Source: the human T2T-CHM13v2.0 reference genome, Homo sapiens. From it: 64,000 bases of DNA. The stretch is from assembly GCF_009914755.1 (NCBI RefSeq), contig NC_060931.1; one strand, 5' to 3'. Both the position numbers and the translations under genes were made by a program. The stretch's first letter is position 1. The number at the start of each line of letters is the position of its first letter. This document shows positions 29,199 to 45,232 of this stretch, piece after piece. The notes beneath the pieces were generated by a model that saw nothing but the letters and a program-made list of their open reading frames with translations, did no database searches and had not been told where the DNA came from.

Positions 29199-29517
29199 TT
29201 TTTGTTTTTGTTTTGTTTTTGTTTTTGTTTGAGACAGAGTCTCGCTCTGTCACCCAGGCTGAAGTTCAGTGGCGCGATCACAGCTCGTTGCAGCCTTAAC
29301 ATCCCAGCCTCTAGCAATCCTCCCATCTCAGCCTCCTGAGTTGCTAGGACTAGAGGCGCATGCCACCATGTCCAGCCAGTTTCTGTATTTTTTTTTTTTT
29401 ATAGAGACAGGGTTGGTCTCTAAATCCAGCTAGTCTCAAACTCCTGGGTTCAAGCAATCCTCCCACCTTGGCCTCCCAAAGTGCTGGAATTACAGGTATG
29501 AGCCCCACTGCCTGGCT
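29199..29517 (-). mobile_element. AluJ element
   Basis: GATCACAGCTCGTTGCAGCCTTAAC...AAGCAATCCTCCCACCTTGGCCTCCC. Confidence 0.9.
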
Positions 29518-30949
29518 GAGGCGCTAGTCTTAATCTCTGATTTTTTTCTCATTAAGCAATTGGGTAAGAGTCTGTCTGGAGTTTCTTCTTTAGTCATCCA
29601 GGTTCTAACTTGTTCATTAACTCTTTCTATGCCTTACAGTATTAAAAGGTAAAATACTTCCTTCTTTTTATCTATCAATGGATTACAATCACTATTACGA
29701 TTTGTGAGGTCCAAGCGTATCCTCTTACAGAGTATCTTACACTTTAGATTTGTCAGTTTTTCCTATCGTGTCATTGTATTTATTCTGCTGTCCTTTGCGT
29801 TTCCACAAAAACTAGGTCTCATGAGATTTAGGCTGAACATTTTTGGCAAGAACACTTCATGGGTGATATGGAGACTTCACATTGCATCGCATCAATATCA
29901 GACGCATCACATCCTTGTCAATCTGTCCTACTATGATGGTGCTAACTTTAAACACTTGGTAATGTTGTCACCACTAACGAGGCTTTCCAGTGAAAAGGTA
30001 CATTTTTCACTTACAAATAATAAGCAATCTATGGAGGGATACTTTACATTGTGCCTATATCCTATTCTAGAACCACATTTTACCCAGTAATTTTAGCATC
30101 TACTGATAATTCTCCCCAATTGCAATTTTCTTCCAGCTTTCTTCCCAGTTACTTTAGTGTATTTCCCCACTTCTGACTTCCAGTAACCATATCTCATTTC
30201 ACACCTACCTTCAGGTCCCCTGGAATTGGTGTTCAGTCCTACTCTCAGCTGGCTTTGAGCTTGCCTTCTTTTGTTCTTCTCAGACTCAACTAATGTTTCC
30301 AGTCCTATTGTCTTTCATTGTTTTTGCTCCAGTGTCTCTCTCTATATAACTCAGGTTAGTACTGTCTCCTTAGGCATGGCAGGGATGTGGGCATACATAT
30401 TGTGCTAAAAGAGCTTCTTTCTACCAGAGCATGCCATTTACTATATCAACACTAATACTTTCTGGAGGTATAGAGAGGGCTCCAAGCAGTGGAAAGCACA
30501 GTGGAAAATGTCACTTTGTGTTCTGTCATAGAAGTGTCCAAAGAAAAACAAGGTAATTATTCCTTTTTTGTTTTCTGCTAGTAGAAGTAATTTTGTGTCT
30601 TGCCAATTTGTGGAATCAGATAGTTAGAGAATTTTCCTGTCAAAGAACTCTCCTGCCATCTCAGTGCTCTTTCATTCTGTGTTTACTGGGCTAAGTTCTC
30701 CTGCAGGCTCAAAGAGGAACAGTGCACATGGCTGTGTAAAGATCACAAACCAGGAAGGAGGGGTTCACATATTACATACTTGACATCAGATAGGTCACGA
30801 CCCTGGTGTTATATTGCTCCAATCAGCTTTCTGCTGTTTGAAGCTTTCATTGGTTTCTTCTAAGTTTCATCTATTTTCACTTTTGGGCTTCATTAGTCTT
30901 CCATGCCTTGGTTCCTTAAACCTCTATAGAGGTTTTCTATCCTCCATAA

Positions 30950-31354
<405 letters not shown>

Positions 31355-31389
31355 CAAAAATGTTTTCTTAAACTACAAAAAAACCTTGT

Positions 31390-32400
31390 GCCCCTTTGCA
31401 GCCAATACCCCCGCCCCTCATCTCACCCAGCCCTAGGCAATCACTGACGTGCTTTCTGACACTATAGGTCTGATCTTTTCCAGAAATCCACATGAATGGA
31501 AGCACAGAGCATATTGCTTTTTTATGTCTTGCTTTTTTTCACTGTGATGTTGTTGAGATTCATCCATGTTGTGTGCATCAGAAGGTCGTTGCTTTTTACT
31601 GCTGGTAGTATTGTATCATGTAGATATATCATGATTGATTTATGTATTTATTTACCTGTGGTTGGACATTTGGATTGTTTCTAATTTTTAGGTATTATGA
31701 ATTAAACTGCTACAAGCACCTGCATCATTTGTAGGTGGACATATATTTTCATTTATCTCGGGTAAATGTCCTTTTCCTTGATTGTGGTGATGATTCCATG
31801 GGTGTATTAATTTGTCAAAACTCATCAAAAATGTAACCTTAAAATTCATACATTTTGTCTTTTAGTGGGTGATTGCTGAAGCAAACTGGTGCATTCCTAC
31901 CATGAAAAACTACTCAGCAATAAAAAAGAATGAACTGTTGCTACAACTGCTTAGATTAATTTTCAGGGAATTATCCTAGATGAAAAGCTCTACCCTAAAA
32001 TATCACATGCTATTGTGATTCCATTTAAATAGCATTCCTGAAATGAAAAAAATTATGGAAATGGAGAACAGATTAGTGGTTGGCAGACATCAGAGAGAGT
32101 GAGAGTGAGGAAGTGGGGAGAGGAAGGGGGTGTGTGTCTATATAGAGGCTACATGAGGGACCCTTGTGCTGATAGAGCTGCTCTTTATCTTGACTGTGTC
32201 AATGTCAATATCATGGTTGTGATATTGCAATATTTTACTATTTTACCATTGGGAGAAATTGAGTAAATGGTACATAGAATCTTTCTGTTTTATTTCTTAC
32301 AACTGCATGTGAATATACGATTATCTCAAAAAAAGTTTAATTTTTCAAAAGGTGCATTGTATTGTATGTAAATTATGCCACCTTAAACTTGTTTTTTTAA
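31390..32400. mobile_element. Cluster of old L1 (L1ME/L1MC/D-type) 3' fragments in both orientations
   Basis: Minus: TTGAGATTCATCCATGTTG...GGACATTTGGATTGTTTC; plus: AAATGGAGAACAGATTAGTGGTTGGCAG...TTCTTACAACTGCATGTGAAT. Confidence 0.7.
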
Positions 32401-33703
32401 AAAATGTCTTTTTTCAGTCTGTGGAACACTCACTCATTTGCACCCTCCAGAGACCACTCAGAATTTTTTTGAAACACTGTTACCTCTTCTTCCAGGCATG
32501 TGGCACAATCATCAGGCACTGTGAGCCATTTTGCTCTTCCAGCTTTTCCCTTATTCATTACCTCTCCAAGAATCACAGCCACATTTTCCAACCGCCCGTC
32601 CTGGGTCACCATACACCTCAAGGAGTCAGCACAACTGAGTTCATCCACCAGCTTGACCCCTCTGAAGACATATACACCTAGAAAAATTTAGCTCATCTAT
32701 AATTCTATGTGCACTATTTTTTAGATGTAGCTCTCAGATTGATGAAAGGTTATTTTCAACTCTCAAAGATCCACCATGACACCACTTTTATCTTAAGATC
32801 CATGTCCCAATTTTTGCAATTTATTGTCAACACCTTATGTTGTTTGCCCCCAAACATGACCTTATCTGTTTCTTTATCTTCAAAGGAAAATAAGTGAGAA
32901 AGAGAGAGAATTAAATGTGAAAGGAAAAGATGGAGTGTGTAGCAATTTTACTATTGCCAATTTTGAGTCTTTAGGCTTGTAATGGTCCTTAAATCTTATA
33001 GAAAAAAGAAAGAGTTTTGCTACATATTTGGATAACATTTGGAGGAATAACATTAAATCTCATGTTAATAAAATAGCATTTATGACCAAGCACAGTAGTT
33101 ACTTGCTTCCAAGCATGTGAATTTGTTTCCCTAATGAGTCTAATATTTAGGGCATGAAGGAGGACAGTAAAGGGCAAATAGGATTCCCTATTTCTTTGCC
33201 TGAAGGTAAAAATGCTAAGTAGGATTTTGTTTCCATGAGCAAAATGTTTTAGATGAACCTAAAAAAGTTAGGCCTTCTTTTTTGGAAAATACACCATGGA
33301 TTTGAATATAAGATCAAGGTAGGTCACATGAATAACATAATTATGTTATCTTAAGTACTCATAATTGAGGTGAGATCCTCTTTAATTTGTATATGCACTT
33401 ATGAAAATTGGAAGGCTTTATAATATTGGGAAAAAATGATTCTATGGTTTATTCCAAAGAGACTAATTATAAAGAAAAAACATTTTAGCATCTTAGGCAG
33501 TAAATTGTGGGTATATTCCTATTTCATTAAGGCAAAAAATCTATTTTAAGTACTGATATTCCTTATCTGAAATTCCTAATCTGGTGAGGCAAAAATTAAG
33601 TAAAGAAAGGCCTTTTATTTTTGTTCAATTCCACAATAACCAAAGAAAAAATATCATATTATTCCTATTTTACATATCAAACAAATTTAAAGAGGTTAAG
33701 TGG

Positions 33704-34057
33704 TATATTAGTCTATTGTCATGCTGCTGATAAAGATATACCCAAGACTGGGCAATTTATAAAAGAAAGAGGTTTACTGGACTTACAGTTCCACATGGCT
33801 AGGGAGGCCTCACAATCATGGCAGAGGGTGAAAGGCATGTCTCACACGGTGGCAGACAAGAGAAGACAGAGAGCTTGTGCAGGGAGACTCCTGTTTTTAA
33901 AACCATTAGATCTCATGAGACTTGTTCACTATCACTATCACTAGAACAGCACGGGAAAGACCTGCCCCCGTGATTCAATTGCCTCCCACCAGGTCCCTCC
34001 CATGACACATGGAAATTCAAGATCAGATTTGTGTGGGGACACAGCCAAACCATATCA
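33704..34057 (-). mobile_element. THE1 (MaLR) solo LTR inserted in a MIR
   Basis: TATTAGTCTATTGTCATGCTGCTGATAAAGATATACCCAAGACTGGG...ACAGCCAAACCATATCA; 5-bp TSD AGTGG at 33699-33703 and 34058-34062. Confidence 0.92.
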
Positions 34058-34215
34058 AGTGGCTTACCAAATTCAGACACCTATCAAGTGGCAGATTAGG
34101 ACTGAAAGCAGATTTTTCACTCCAGAGCTCACAATTGTTCTGCTATGACAAAAATCCATACCACAACTCTACACTTGATTTTATGGGGACTATTGAGAAC
34201 CTAAATTCAAAGACT

Positions 34216-34518
34216 GGCCAGGTGCAGTGGCTCACACCTGTAATCCCAGCACTTTGGAAGGCCAGGGTGGGTGGATCACAGGTCAGGAGATCGAGACCAT
34301 CCTGGCTAACACGGTGAAACCCCGTCTCCACTGAAAATACAAAAAATTAGCCGGGTGTGGTGGTGGGTGCCTGTAGTCCCAGCTACTCGGGAGGCTGAGG
34401 CAGGAGAATGGCGTGAACCCAGGAGGCGGAGCTTGCAGTAAGCCGACATCACCCACTGCACTCCAGCCTGGGCGAAAGCAAGACTCTGTCTCAAAAAAAA
34501 AAAAAAAAAAAAAAAAAA
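34216..34518 (+). mobile_element. AluY element
   Basis: AluY diagnostics, long A tail; TSD TCAAAGACT at 34207-34215 and 34519-34527. Confidence 0.95.
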
Positions 34519-36783
34519 TCAAAGACTATCAGATGACTAATTGGATTTGGGGGAAATGCCTTTGCAGTCATAGAAGTGAGTGAATTATTGTTGGAGATTT
34601 GATATAAAAGTGTTTTCTCTATTTTAAATAAATATTTTAAATATTGTTATTTAAAATGAACACCCTTGCACATACATCTTTAAACACAATTCCTAAGAGT
34701 GAAAAAGTTGGGTCAAAAGATAAATCTGTTGTACATGTTGGTATATGTCACTGAATTGTCCTCTGGAAATGTGCCAAATCAATAAACTCATAAATGTCTT
34801 CTGCTTCTGTTCTCTTTCTCTTTTTAATCCTTACTGCACATTACCAGGCTAATATTCCCAATAAGCTATTTATTCATGACCAAAACTAAAGGTTAATACC
34901 CATTGTCTGCAAATGACTCCAAACTGTGTGTAACATTCAATGCCTTCCACTCTTAGGGCAGCCTATCTCTCACAATTTTCTCTCTCTTACTTTTTTATAT
35001 GACCTCTATGACTCAGAGGCTGGACATGTCAGGAACCTAGGGTCTCTCTTCATCTCAGATGTTTTTCTGCCACTTCTTCTTAAGGCTGTAGCCAAAAGGG
35101 AAGGTGAAGATAGAAGAAAGTTATTCCTGGAAAAAAGAAAAGAAAAGAAAAGAAAAAGTCATTGTAATGAGCTGATTTTTATTTTTAAAAGTTACTATTT
35201 AGAAAAAAATGGTCTATATATAAGAATAATTTTTAATAACGTTAGAAATTACATAATGTGGTACAAAACACAACGTACCATTAAATGAAAAAAGAGAAAT
35301 TTGTCTGTATATTATATCTCAACTGTATATACGTATACCCAGGAATACCAGTGCTCTCTGAGGGAATTATTTATTACCTTTCTACTTTAAACAGTGGGCA
35401 CATACCTGCCTTAAAATTTCAAAGATTAAAAACCATTTATGCTATGCTGTTGATATGAAGTCTTGCACATTATGTCACTTCTCTCTTTTGAGTTCTCTCA
35501 CCATCCTGTTTTAGTGTCTATCATTCCTATGGGACTTGGCGAATCAGCAAAGGAAACCATTTCTTTGTGAAGTCTGTAAACTCAAGAGCTAGGACTGCTT
35601 CTTTTGCAATGCTGTGCACTTTGCAAAAACTTGAAATCACTTTCAAGATGACTAAATGCATAGATGAGCGAATGGCTGGCTGCCTGAAACACTCCAGAGA
35701 GTTGAGTTGTGTCTCTTTGCTCTCAGAATGGGCAGAACAGCTATTGGTACAGAAAGCCAAGAGTGTTCTGTCTTGTGGTCCCTCCGTCCTGTGAGGACTT
35801 ATGTTCCAGGTTTCTTTGTCTTTTCCTGATGTGTACACATTTAGTGATCTCTTAGGCAAAGGACAAGACTCAGTTTTTCTCCTAGAACCTTGCCTTCAAC
35901 GCTGATGAAATGCAGGGCTCCGGTTAGTCTAGTGTTTAGAGAATCTACTTTTTAAAAAAATATGCCTAGAAACTATTGACATAAGCACATAGTCATAAAT
36001 TCAGTAAACCTTAATTGACTACTTCCACTGAGACACTTCCCTTATGAATGTCTTGGGCGTATTTAGACACTCATATTTAGAACATTTCGTCTTAAATATT
36101 CCAGATTTAGTGGGAGGTGGATGGCATTTCCTAAGTTCCTTTCCCACTCGCATTAAGAAAAAAAAAAAGATCACACCTACTGCCTCCATTCATTTCTTCT
36201 CAACTACCAGAAGAATTATTTAAATTACTGCTGAAGATTATTCAACAAGGAGTTTCATCTTGTTACTAAAATTATTAATGAATTGGGAAAGACCACTTTT
36301 CTTTGATGGGGATGGCAAAAATTCTAGTGTTTATCTTATGTCATTCATACTTTCTTTCTTGTCTCCAACTCTTATTTCTCGGAGGTTAGGAATGGCGGAC
36401 TCTGAAGTCAGAACTTGGGTCTCAGTGCTGCCTGTAACAAGTGGTACTTATTCCATTATCTGGTATAGTCTCTTAACTCTCTAAGACTTGGATCCTTGTA
36501 TATAAAGTGGGATAGTCGGAGCACCTGCATCACAGGTAGTTTTGAGTATGGTATTAAAATAGTATATTTTGATTGGCAAATTTTAATTACAGAATGTCAC
36601 CTATTATTAATTTAGCTATGTAGGAGAGTACAAAAACTAACAAAAAAGCAGTATAAGTAACGGAAGGTTTCTCCCACACTCAAACCATTTATTATAAGTA
36701 TTGCTATTTGGTCAGTTGATTCCTCATAAATTTTAAGTGGACTGGAAAAAGAAATACTACAGTGTGTTCAAAACCTCTGTTTT

Positions 36784-37194
<411 letters not shown>

Positions 37195-37700
37195 TCACCT
37201 CCAGCCCCCTCTGCAATCCATTCACTCTGACTTTTGTTTCCATCATGCCATTGAAACTGCTTTGACAAAGCCACCAACAACCTCCCATTGACCAGCTCAG
37301 AAGAACCTCTTCCACCCTGATTTGCTCACTTTCCCAGCAGAATTCCACTCAGTGAGTTGTTTAGTCCTTCTGAAATATTCTACTTTTGTTTTCTTCCAAG
37401 TCACAGTTCCCCACCTTACTGGGCCCTCCTTCTTGGGCTCATTTGCCAGTTTTCCCTCCTCTATCAGACCTACAAATGTTTGAGTGCCCCAGGAAGTGGC
37501 CTGGGTCCCTATTCCATTCTTTTCTAAATGATCTGTTCTTCTCCCATAATCTTGAATACATATATATGCAAATATCACCCAAATTAAATCTCTGAGCTAG
37601 ACATTTGCCATGAAACTTAAGCTCACTTACCCACCTGCCTACTTGAGACTTCCATGTTCAAACATATTGTGTCCAAAACTCAGCTATCTCCAAAGCCCAT

Positions 37701-38378
<678 letters not shown>

Positions 38379-38919
38379 CACATGCTTCTCCTTCTTCCCC
38401 ATTTTAGTAAATGGCACCACTGTCCAAGGAAAATACATCTCATGTCAATCCACTTCCACAGTGATCTTTTAAAAACGGAAATGAGGTCATGTCACTTTCG
38501 TATTTAAAAACCTTAAATTGGAACCTATGGCTAATGGCTTCCCTGCCTACTACAAAACTCCCCAATGACTGCTGGGCCGCATTATCTGGGTCCCCTGCAT
38601 AACTGACTAGCTCATGCTACTCTTCTCCCTTGTTGAGGACTCTCACCCTCTGGTCCAGCCACACTGGCTCTGTTTATTGTCCTTGAACAGAGAAAGCCCA
38701 TGCCATCCTCAGGGCCTTCACACACACTCTTCTGTCTGTCTGGGATGCAAACTTACCTAGCTTTCCACATGGCTGGTTCCTTCTTGTCTTCAGACCTTGG
38801 CCTAACTTCTCCTGAAGTAGCCCTACCTTGACCACTCTATCTGAAGTAGACCATCCTACATCTCATGGATACCACTCCGTTTATTTTGGCCACTGCTCTG
38901 TCGAAACTGTTACCTTAAT

Positions 38920-39212
38920 GCTGGGTGTGGAGGTCATGTCTGTAATCCTAGCATTCTTGGAAGCCAAGGCAGGAGGATTGCTTGAAACAAGGAGTTTGTG
39001 ACCAGTCTGGGCAACAAGGCGAGATCCTGTCTCTACAAAAAATTTAAGAAGTTCACCTGGCATGGTGGTGCATGCCTGCAGTAGCCCCAGCTACTCTGAA
39101 AGCTGAAGTGGGAGGATTGCTTGAGCCCGGGAGTTCAAGGCTGCAGGGATCTGTGATCGTGCCAACTGCACTCCAGCCTAGATGACAGAACGAGACCCTA
39201 TCTCAAAAAAAA
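38920..39212 (+). mobile_element. AluJ element
   Basis: GGAGGATTGCTTGAGCCCGGGAGTTCAAGGCTGCAG. Confidence 0.9.
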
Positions 39213-40635
39213 ATTTTTTTTAAATACTGTGTGAGATAACAAATGTTTACATTTAAAAACCCAAACTGTTATCTTATTTATTAGTTAAGCTTGGGAGCTC
39301 CATGAGGATAGTACCATGTTTACCTGTTCATTGCTATATCCTGGAGGTCTGGCAGAGGGCCGCAACCAGCTCTCGGTAAATACTGGTTTACTGAATGCAT
39401 GTGGGTCGTAGTGTTCTAAGCAAGGGGACTGGGGATGAAGGAGACACGGGTCCTGCCCTACCTGATAAGCGTTGTCATGACTGTGCAATGTGCAGTGGAA
39501 AGCCATAGGTGAAGGAGAAGCTACACTGAGGAGGCAGCAGCTGCATTCAGATGAGTACACACATACTGGGGAATGGATGCTTGGGCCAAGTGAACAGCAG
39601 GAGAAAAGGCCTGAAAGTGTGGGAAACGCAAGCCATGTTTAAACTGTTTGCTTAAGCAAGTTTTCCAAAGAAGTTAAAATTAATTCAGATCCATAGAACT
39701 TGAGGGGAAAATTCAGAAACTAAATACATACAGGTGATGGAGAAAGAGTTTTAAATTTGAGCAGAAAATGCAGCTTCACGACTATGGCTCATTTAAGCTA
39801 TGGATGATTAAATGCATATATAGTAACAGACACCACCTGGGTTTTACAGGTGTGAATAAAGTCAAAAAAATATAGAGGGAAGAATTGTTTAAAATGGCTA
39901 AAGAGGCAACTAAAGAAACATGAGGCTGTGATGTTGATACTTTTTGACCAATAATGGAAATGAACATGCTGATGGCAACAACCATCTGGCAAAATAACTT
40001 TATAGCAATTCATTTCACTTAAATTCAACAAACATATACCTAGGCTCTGGACTAGGTAGTGGAAATTAAAAAATAATAATTTCTAGCCTCTAAGAGCCCA
40101 TACCTAATAAAAACATGGGCACAGGAGCAATCGCCATTCTAGAATTCAAAAAAAGAAGAACCCTCTATATAACCTCAGTAAATGTGCAAATAGTTGTTTA
40201 AGGCCACACAGATTACATTTTTCAAAGACTCCAACTGGAAGTTTACACAAAGCCATTTTCTCACGGGTTGTTTGAGCCTGCGCAGAAGGACAGTTCTGAT
40301 GGTGAGTTTCAGATAGCAAACAAATGTCAGTCACTGGCAATTGATTGGAAAACGTCAACGCAATTTTTTTCCATTTATGCATGAGCGACAACTCTTAAAA
40401 TTTTTTTGTACTTAAAATTAATATACGCTTATTTTAACATTGAAATTTTTAAAAAATACATTTCACGTTACACATAGAATTTTAATAGGCATTTTAAAAA
40501 CTAAAAGTAAGATCATATCATGATGTGTTTGCATTTATCTTCACTGATTTGAAGGTCATATATAGTGTATTTTATTTTGTTATTATCTTTAAATTTTTTT
40601 AAAATAAAAATTGTTATTATCTTACATCAAAATCA

Positions 40636-40993
<358 letters not shown>

Positions 40994-43068
40994 CTGTGAA
41001 ACGTGAAAACCTTTTTTCTATCATAATCAATTTCATTCCTGGGTTTCATAATATAATTTTAAGTTTTTCACTAAGATTTTAATTAAATCACATTTGTAGT
41101 CTGTATCTTCTTTTTTATATATAAAATTGAGATTTGCTTTTGGTGTCATTAAGTAAATTTTAAACAGTTATTTAAACTAAGAGCTATCAGTTGTTACTGC
41201 CTGACTTTTTGATACCATAAAACTTACACTCTTGAGTTTTTTTGTTTAACTTTCTCATTTAGATGAAATATATACCTTTTAAAATAGATGTAAAGGATTA
41301 ATATATTTTCAGAATCAATACAAATCTGGAACTATGTTTATATTGACTTCACACTGCAAGAGCTTCTTACATGTGATAAAATTCTTATGTTACAATTTCC
41401 CCCCAAAATTCTGCCAATATTTTGTTTTTACTATTTAATGTCACAGAGAAGTGACTGAGATCTGCCTGATTTTTTGTTCTTTGCATGTAACCCACTTTTC
41501 TACTCAGAGGCTTGGGTTTTCTCTTTCTTTGCAGTTCTTGTAAATTAAGCATTTGTCAGAATGTAATCTAATTTTTCCAGGAATGCAATGTAACTTATTG
41601 AGTTGGATTCCTCAGTATTTTTTTGGTCTAGAAAGTATTCTACATTCATGAATGATTCGTTATTGATCCGTTCTTCCATTTTCTTCCTTAGGAACACCAA
41701 ATAATTACTCAGTGAACTCTCTAATCTCTGTCCTAAACACTCATCATCTTATTTCTTGTCATTTCTCATTTCTTCATTCTCTTTCTCTGTGTGTTCCTAA
41801 GAGCTTTTTTAATATTATCCTTCTGATCACAGATTTGATTTTCTGAATTTTTCATTTTTTCTCCTAATTGTTGTTATTTTGAGTTCTGCTGTTAGATTTT
41901 CAGTTTTCTTAAATGCCTTTCTCATCTCATTCATCTCCCCCTCATCTTAGAATCTTTTATTCTCTATTTTTCCTGCTTCTTCTATCCTGTTGAGGTTGAC
42001 AGTTTGTAATAATTTTCTTTGCTTTCTGAAGGAAATCCATTTTGGAGGCTTGTTTTTCCTCCGTTTTCAGCATCATGTTTGGCATTCTTTACCCTCTGGT
42101 AGTAGTTTTTTTCATGGGCATATTTTGTTTCTGTTTTTGTTTTGTTTGCCTATTCATCCCAAAGGAAGATAAAGCTATATAATCCCAAATTTGGAGTTTT
42201 GGCAATCAGGCACATAAAAAGATCAAGAAGAAGGCAAGCTCTTCTCATTTTGTGGCAAATCAGCACCCCCAGATAAGACACAGATTGCATTTTCCAATCC
42301 AAACCTATCAACTTTAGAGTTAGAGAACATTCTTTCCAAACTCCAGTAATAGGGTGGTAGAAAATCTTAGTTTTCGATGTGGTTGAATATTCCCCCCTCT
42401 CACATTTTCATTTGTATTTTATTTTTGGAAGTCAGGAAAAGCCACTTTTGGGGACAATAACCTGCTGTCATTTTTTTCTCCTCCGTGAAAATGATGTTCA
42501 GAAAATTCATTTTTCCAATTCATTTTCCAACTTGTATTGAGGTATAAGAGCTTCTACCAAGACTTGGTAGGATTGTGGATTTGGTAGGGCTGGATTTTCA
42601 CCATAGGATAGATAACTTCCCTGCTGCCATCGGTAGTCCAAGGCCACCCTTTTCTATCACATTGTGATGAGTTAACGCACAGCAATAAAGCTGAATGCTT
42701 CCTTCTCCACCTGTAATTTTCTTAGCACTCAGAGAGGGCAAACCCCCAAGACCAGGATGCAGATGGTTCTCAGGCCGTAGCGGCTGTTTCCTCACATTCA
42801 CATGAGACCCTTTTTCTGGGTTTGGAATTTGTAGGTAGCCTCGTCTTCTGGTAACTGGAGGTCTGTGCTGGGACAGAAGTCACTGCATGAAATGATTGGT
42901 TTACTAATTTGGCAAGCTGGACCTAGGCAAGTGCCTTTAAGTAGAGGAATTAAACATGTTTTAGGCTACTTCTTTGTGGTTGTCTGAGAACTGAGAGAGT
43001 GAAGGAATAAAGCAATTTAGACATAAGAATCATGGGAGTTGGGTGCAGGGAGAAAAGAGAAAGGCTAG

Positions 43069-43401
<333 letters not shown>

Positions 43402-43705
43402 TCCATGTACATTTAAACCTCCAACCACCTTCCTAAAACAAGTAAGTTACTTCCTTTAGAATCAGCACCAGAAGGTTAGTGAGTGTTCTCCACCTTTTCT
43501 GGATAGAGGAAAACACGTGGTAATAGGTGTGTGAAGTGCAATAGCCCCTTTCCTAGGTAGAAAACCCAGTGTATGCTGGCCACACAGCACTGTACAGTTG
43601 GCATTTTTTCCAGGTTTTAACTCATTATCTTTCCATACACTGTTCTGTTTGCCAAATCTTCATCTCTATACTTTCTATCCTGATATTAAACACTATTTTG
43701 GGGGG

Positions 43706-44145
43706 TGTATTAGTCAGGGTTCTCTAGAGGGACAGAACTAATAGGATATATATAAAGGGGAGTTTATTAAGTATTAACTCACAGGATCACAAGGTCCCAC
43801 AATAGGGTGTCTGCAAGCTGAGGAGCAAGGAGAGCCAGTCTGAGTCCCAAAACTGAAGAACCTGAAGTCTGATGTTCGAGGGCAGGAAGCATCCAGCACA
43901 GGAGACACATGTAGGCTGGGAAGCTAGGCCAGTCTAGTCTTTTCACGTTTTTCTGCCTGCTTTATATTCTAGCCGCACTAGCAGCTGATTAGATGGTGCC
44001 CAGTCAGATAGAGGGTGGGTCTGCCTTTCCCAGCTCACTGACTCAAATGTTAATTTCCTTTGGCAACACTCTCACAGACACACCCGGGATCAATACTTTG
44101 CATCCTTCAATCCAATCAAGTCGACACTCAGTGTTAACCATCACA
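43706..44145 (-). mobile_element. MLT2A (HERV-L) solo LTR
   Basis: TGTATTAGTCAGGGTTCTCTAGAGGGACAGAACTAATAGGA...CAGTGTTAACCATCACA; TG...CA ends; TSD GGGGG at 43701-43705 and 44146-44150. Confidence 0.92.
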
Positions 44146-45232
44146 GGGGGGTTCCCATTTCATTCTTTATTTTTTACAAATTGAATTTTCCCAAATGCTT
44201 GAATTAATGCATAGCTCTAAAAAGTAATTATTTATTCTTCCTCAAAGTGTCAGCAGCATTGATAGCGTGCAGCTCTGCCCTGGCAAATGACCCAGCTTGT
44301 TAGCACTTGTTTGGGTGAGGGGGGAGAGGACTGGGGGATGTATCCTAAAGGTTACCAACCGACAAAAGCTATTTTTGTTTGTTTCTTATTAAATGCATTA
44401 TTCCCTCTCCCAACAAACTCTTGCTTTTATTATTCTAAGTTTTTGATGAATTTCATAACAAAATTTTTAATGAAATTATTTATGTGACAATTATTAAAGA
44501 ATTCTGTGCCTAAATTTCCTTCAAAAATTATGGCGCAAATGTGACCAGAAGCCAAATGTAACCCTACTGATTTTTAAAAACTAATTATATACAACATCCA
44601 AACAATGAATATTAATTGTCTACTATGTGCCAGACACTATTCTAGGTACTGGGCATGCATCAGTGAACAAAATGGAATTCCTTCTGTTAAAATTTAAACT
44701 TAGGATAATTTTCACCATAATATTGGCCAAAAGCATATAGAAGCCATATGGCCAAACATACAAATATAGGGATAAAAATCTAAATATTCAATCTTTTCTA
44801 CCTAGGTCCCTTCTGAAAAGGCTGGTTTACTCTAACATTTTGGTGCCCAGAATGGGCAAGGCAGAGGAATACCTGTTCAAGTTATGGCTGGAAGAGGCAT
44901 AGGTCCATGAAGCAGGGTAGGAGGGTTGCAGCTTTTTCAATCACAAAATGTTGCCTTGGTACCACCAAATCTTGTTTCAGATCCACAAATATTGAACTTC
45001 TCTCATGAGTTAATGCAACTGCTGTACATGCTCTGGCATTAGATGGGCGGTCTGTCTGAGGGTTCATTGTTCTCTGAGTCTCCTTGGGTGTTTCAGGGGA
45101 AAGTTGGGAGAGACCAGTTTTCACTAGCATCTAAATTGCTAGTTAGATGCCATATGAAACCAGCAATAGCTCATTTTGAAAGCCAGATTTTTAAAGCCTG
45201 TTTCTTCTGCAAACAGGTGAAATGCCATTAAT

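Noticed and set aside
32430-32648. 72-aa minus-strand ORF with protein-like composition
   Set aside because: No recognisable homologue, splice context, poly-A or TSD to support an exon or processed pseudogene
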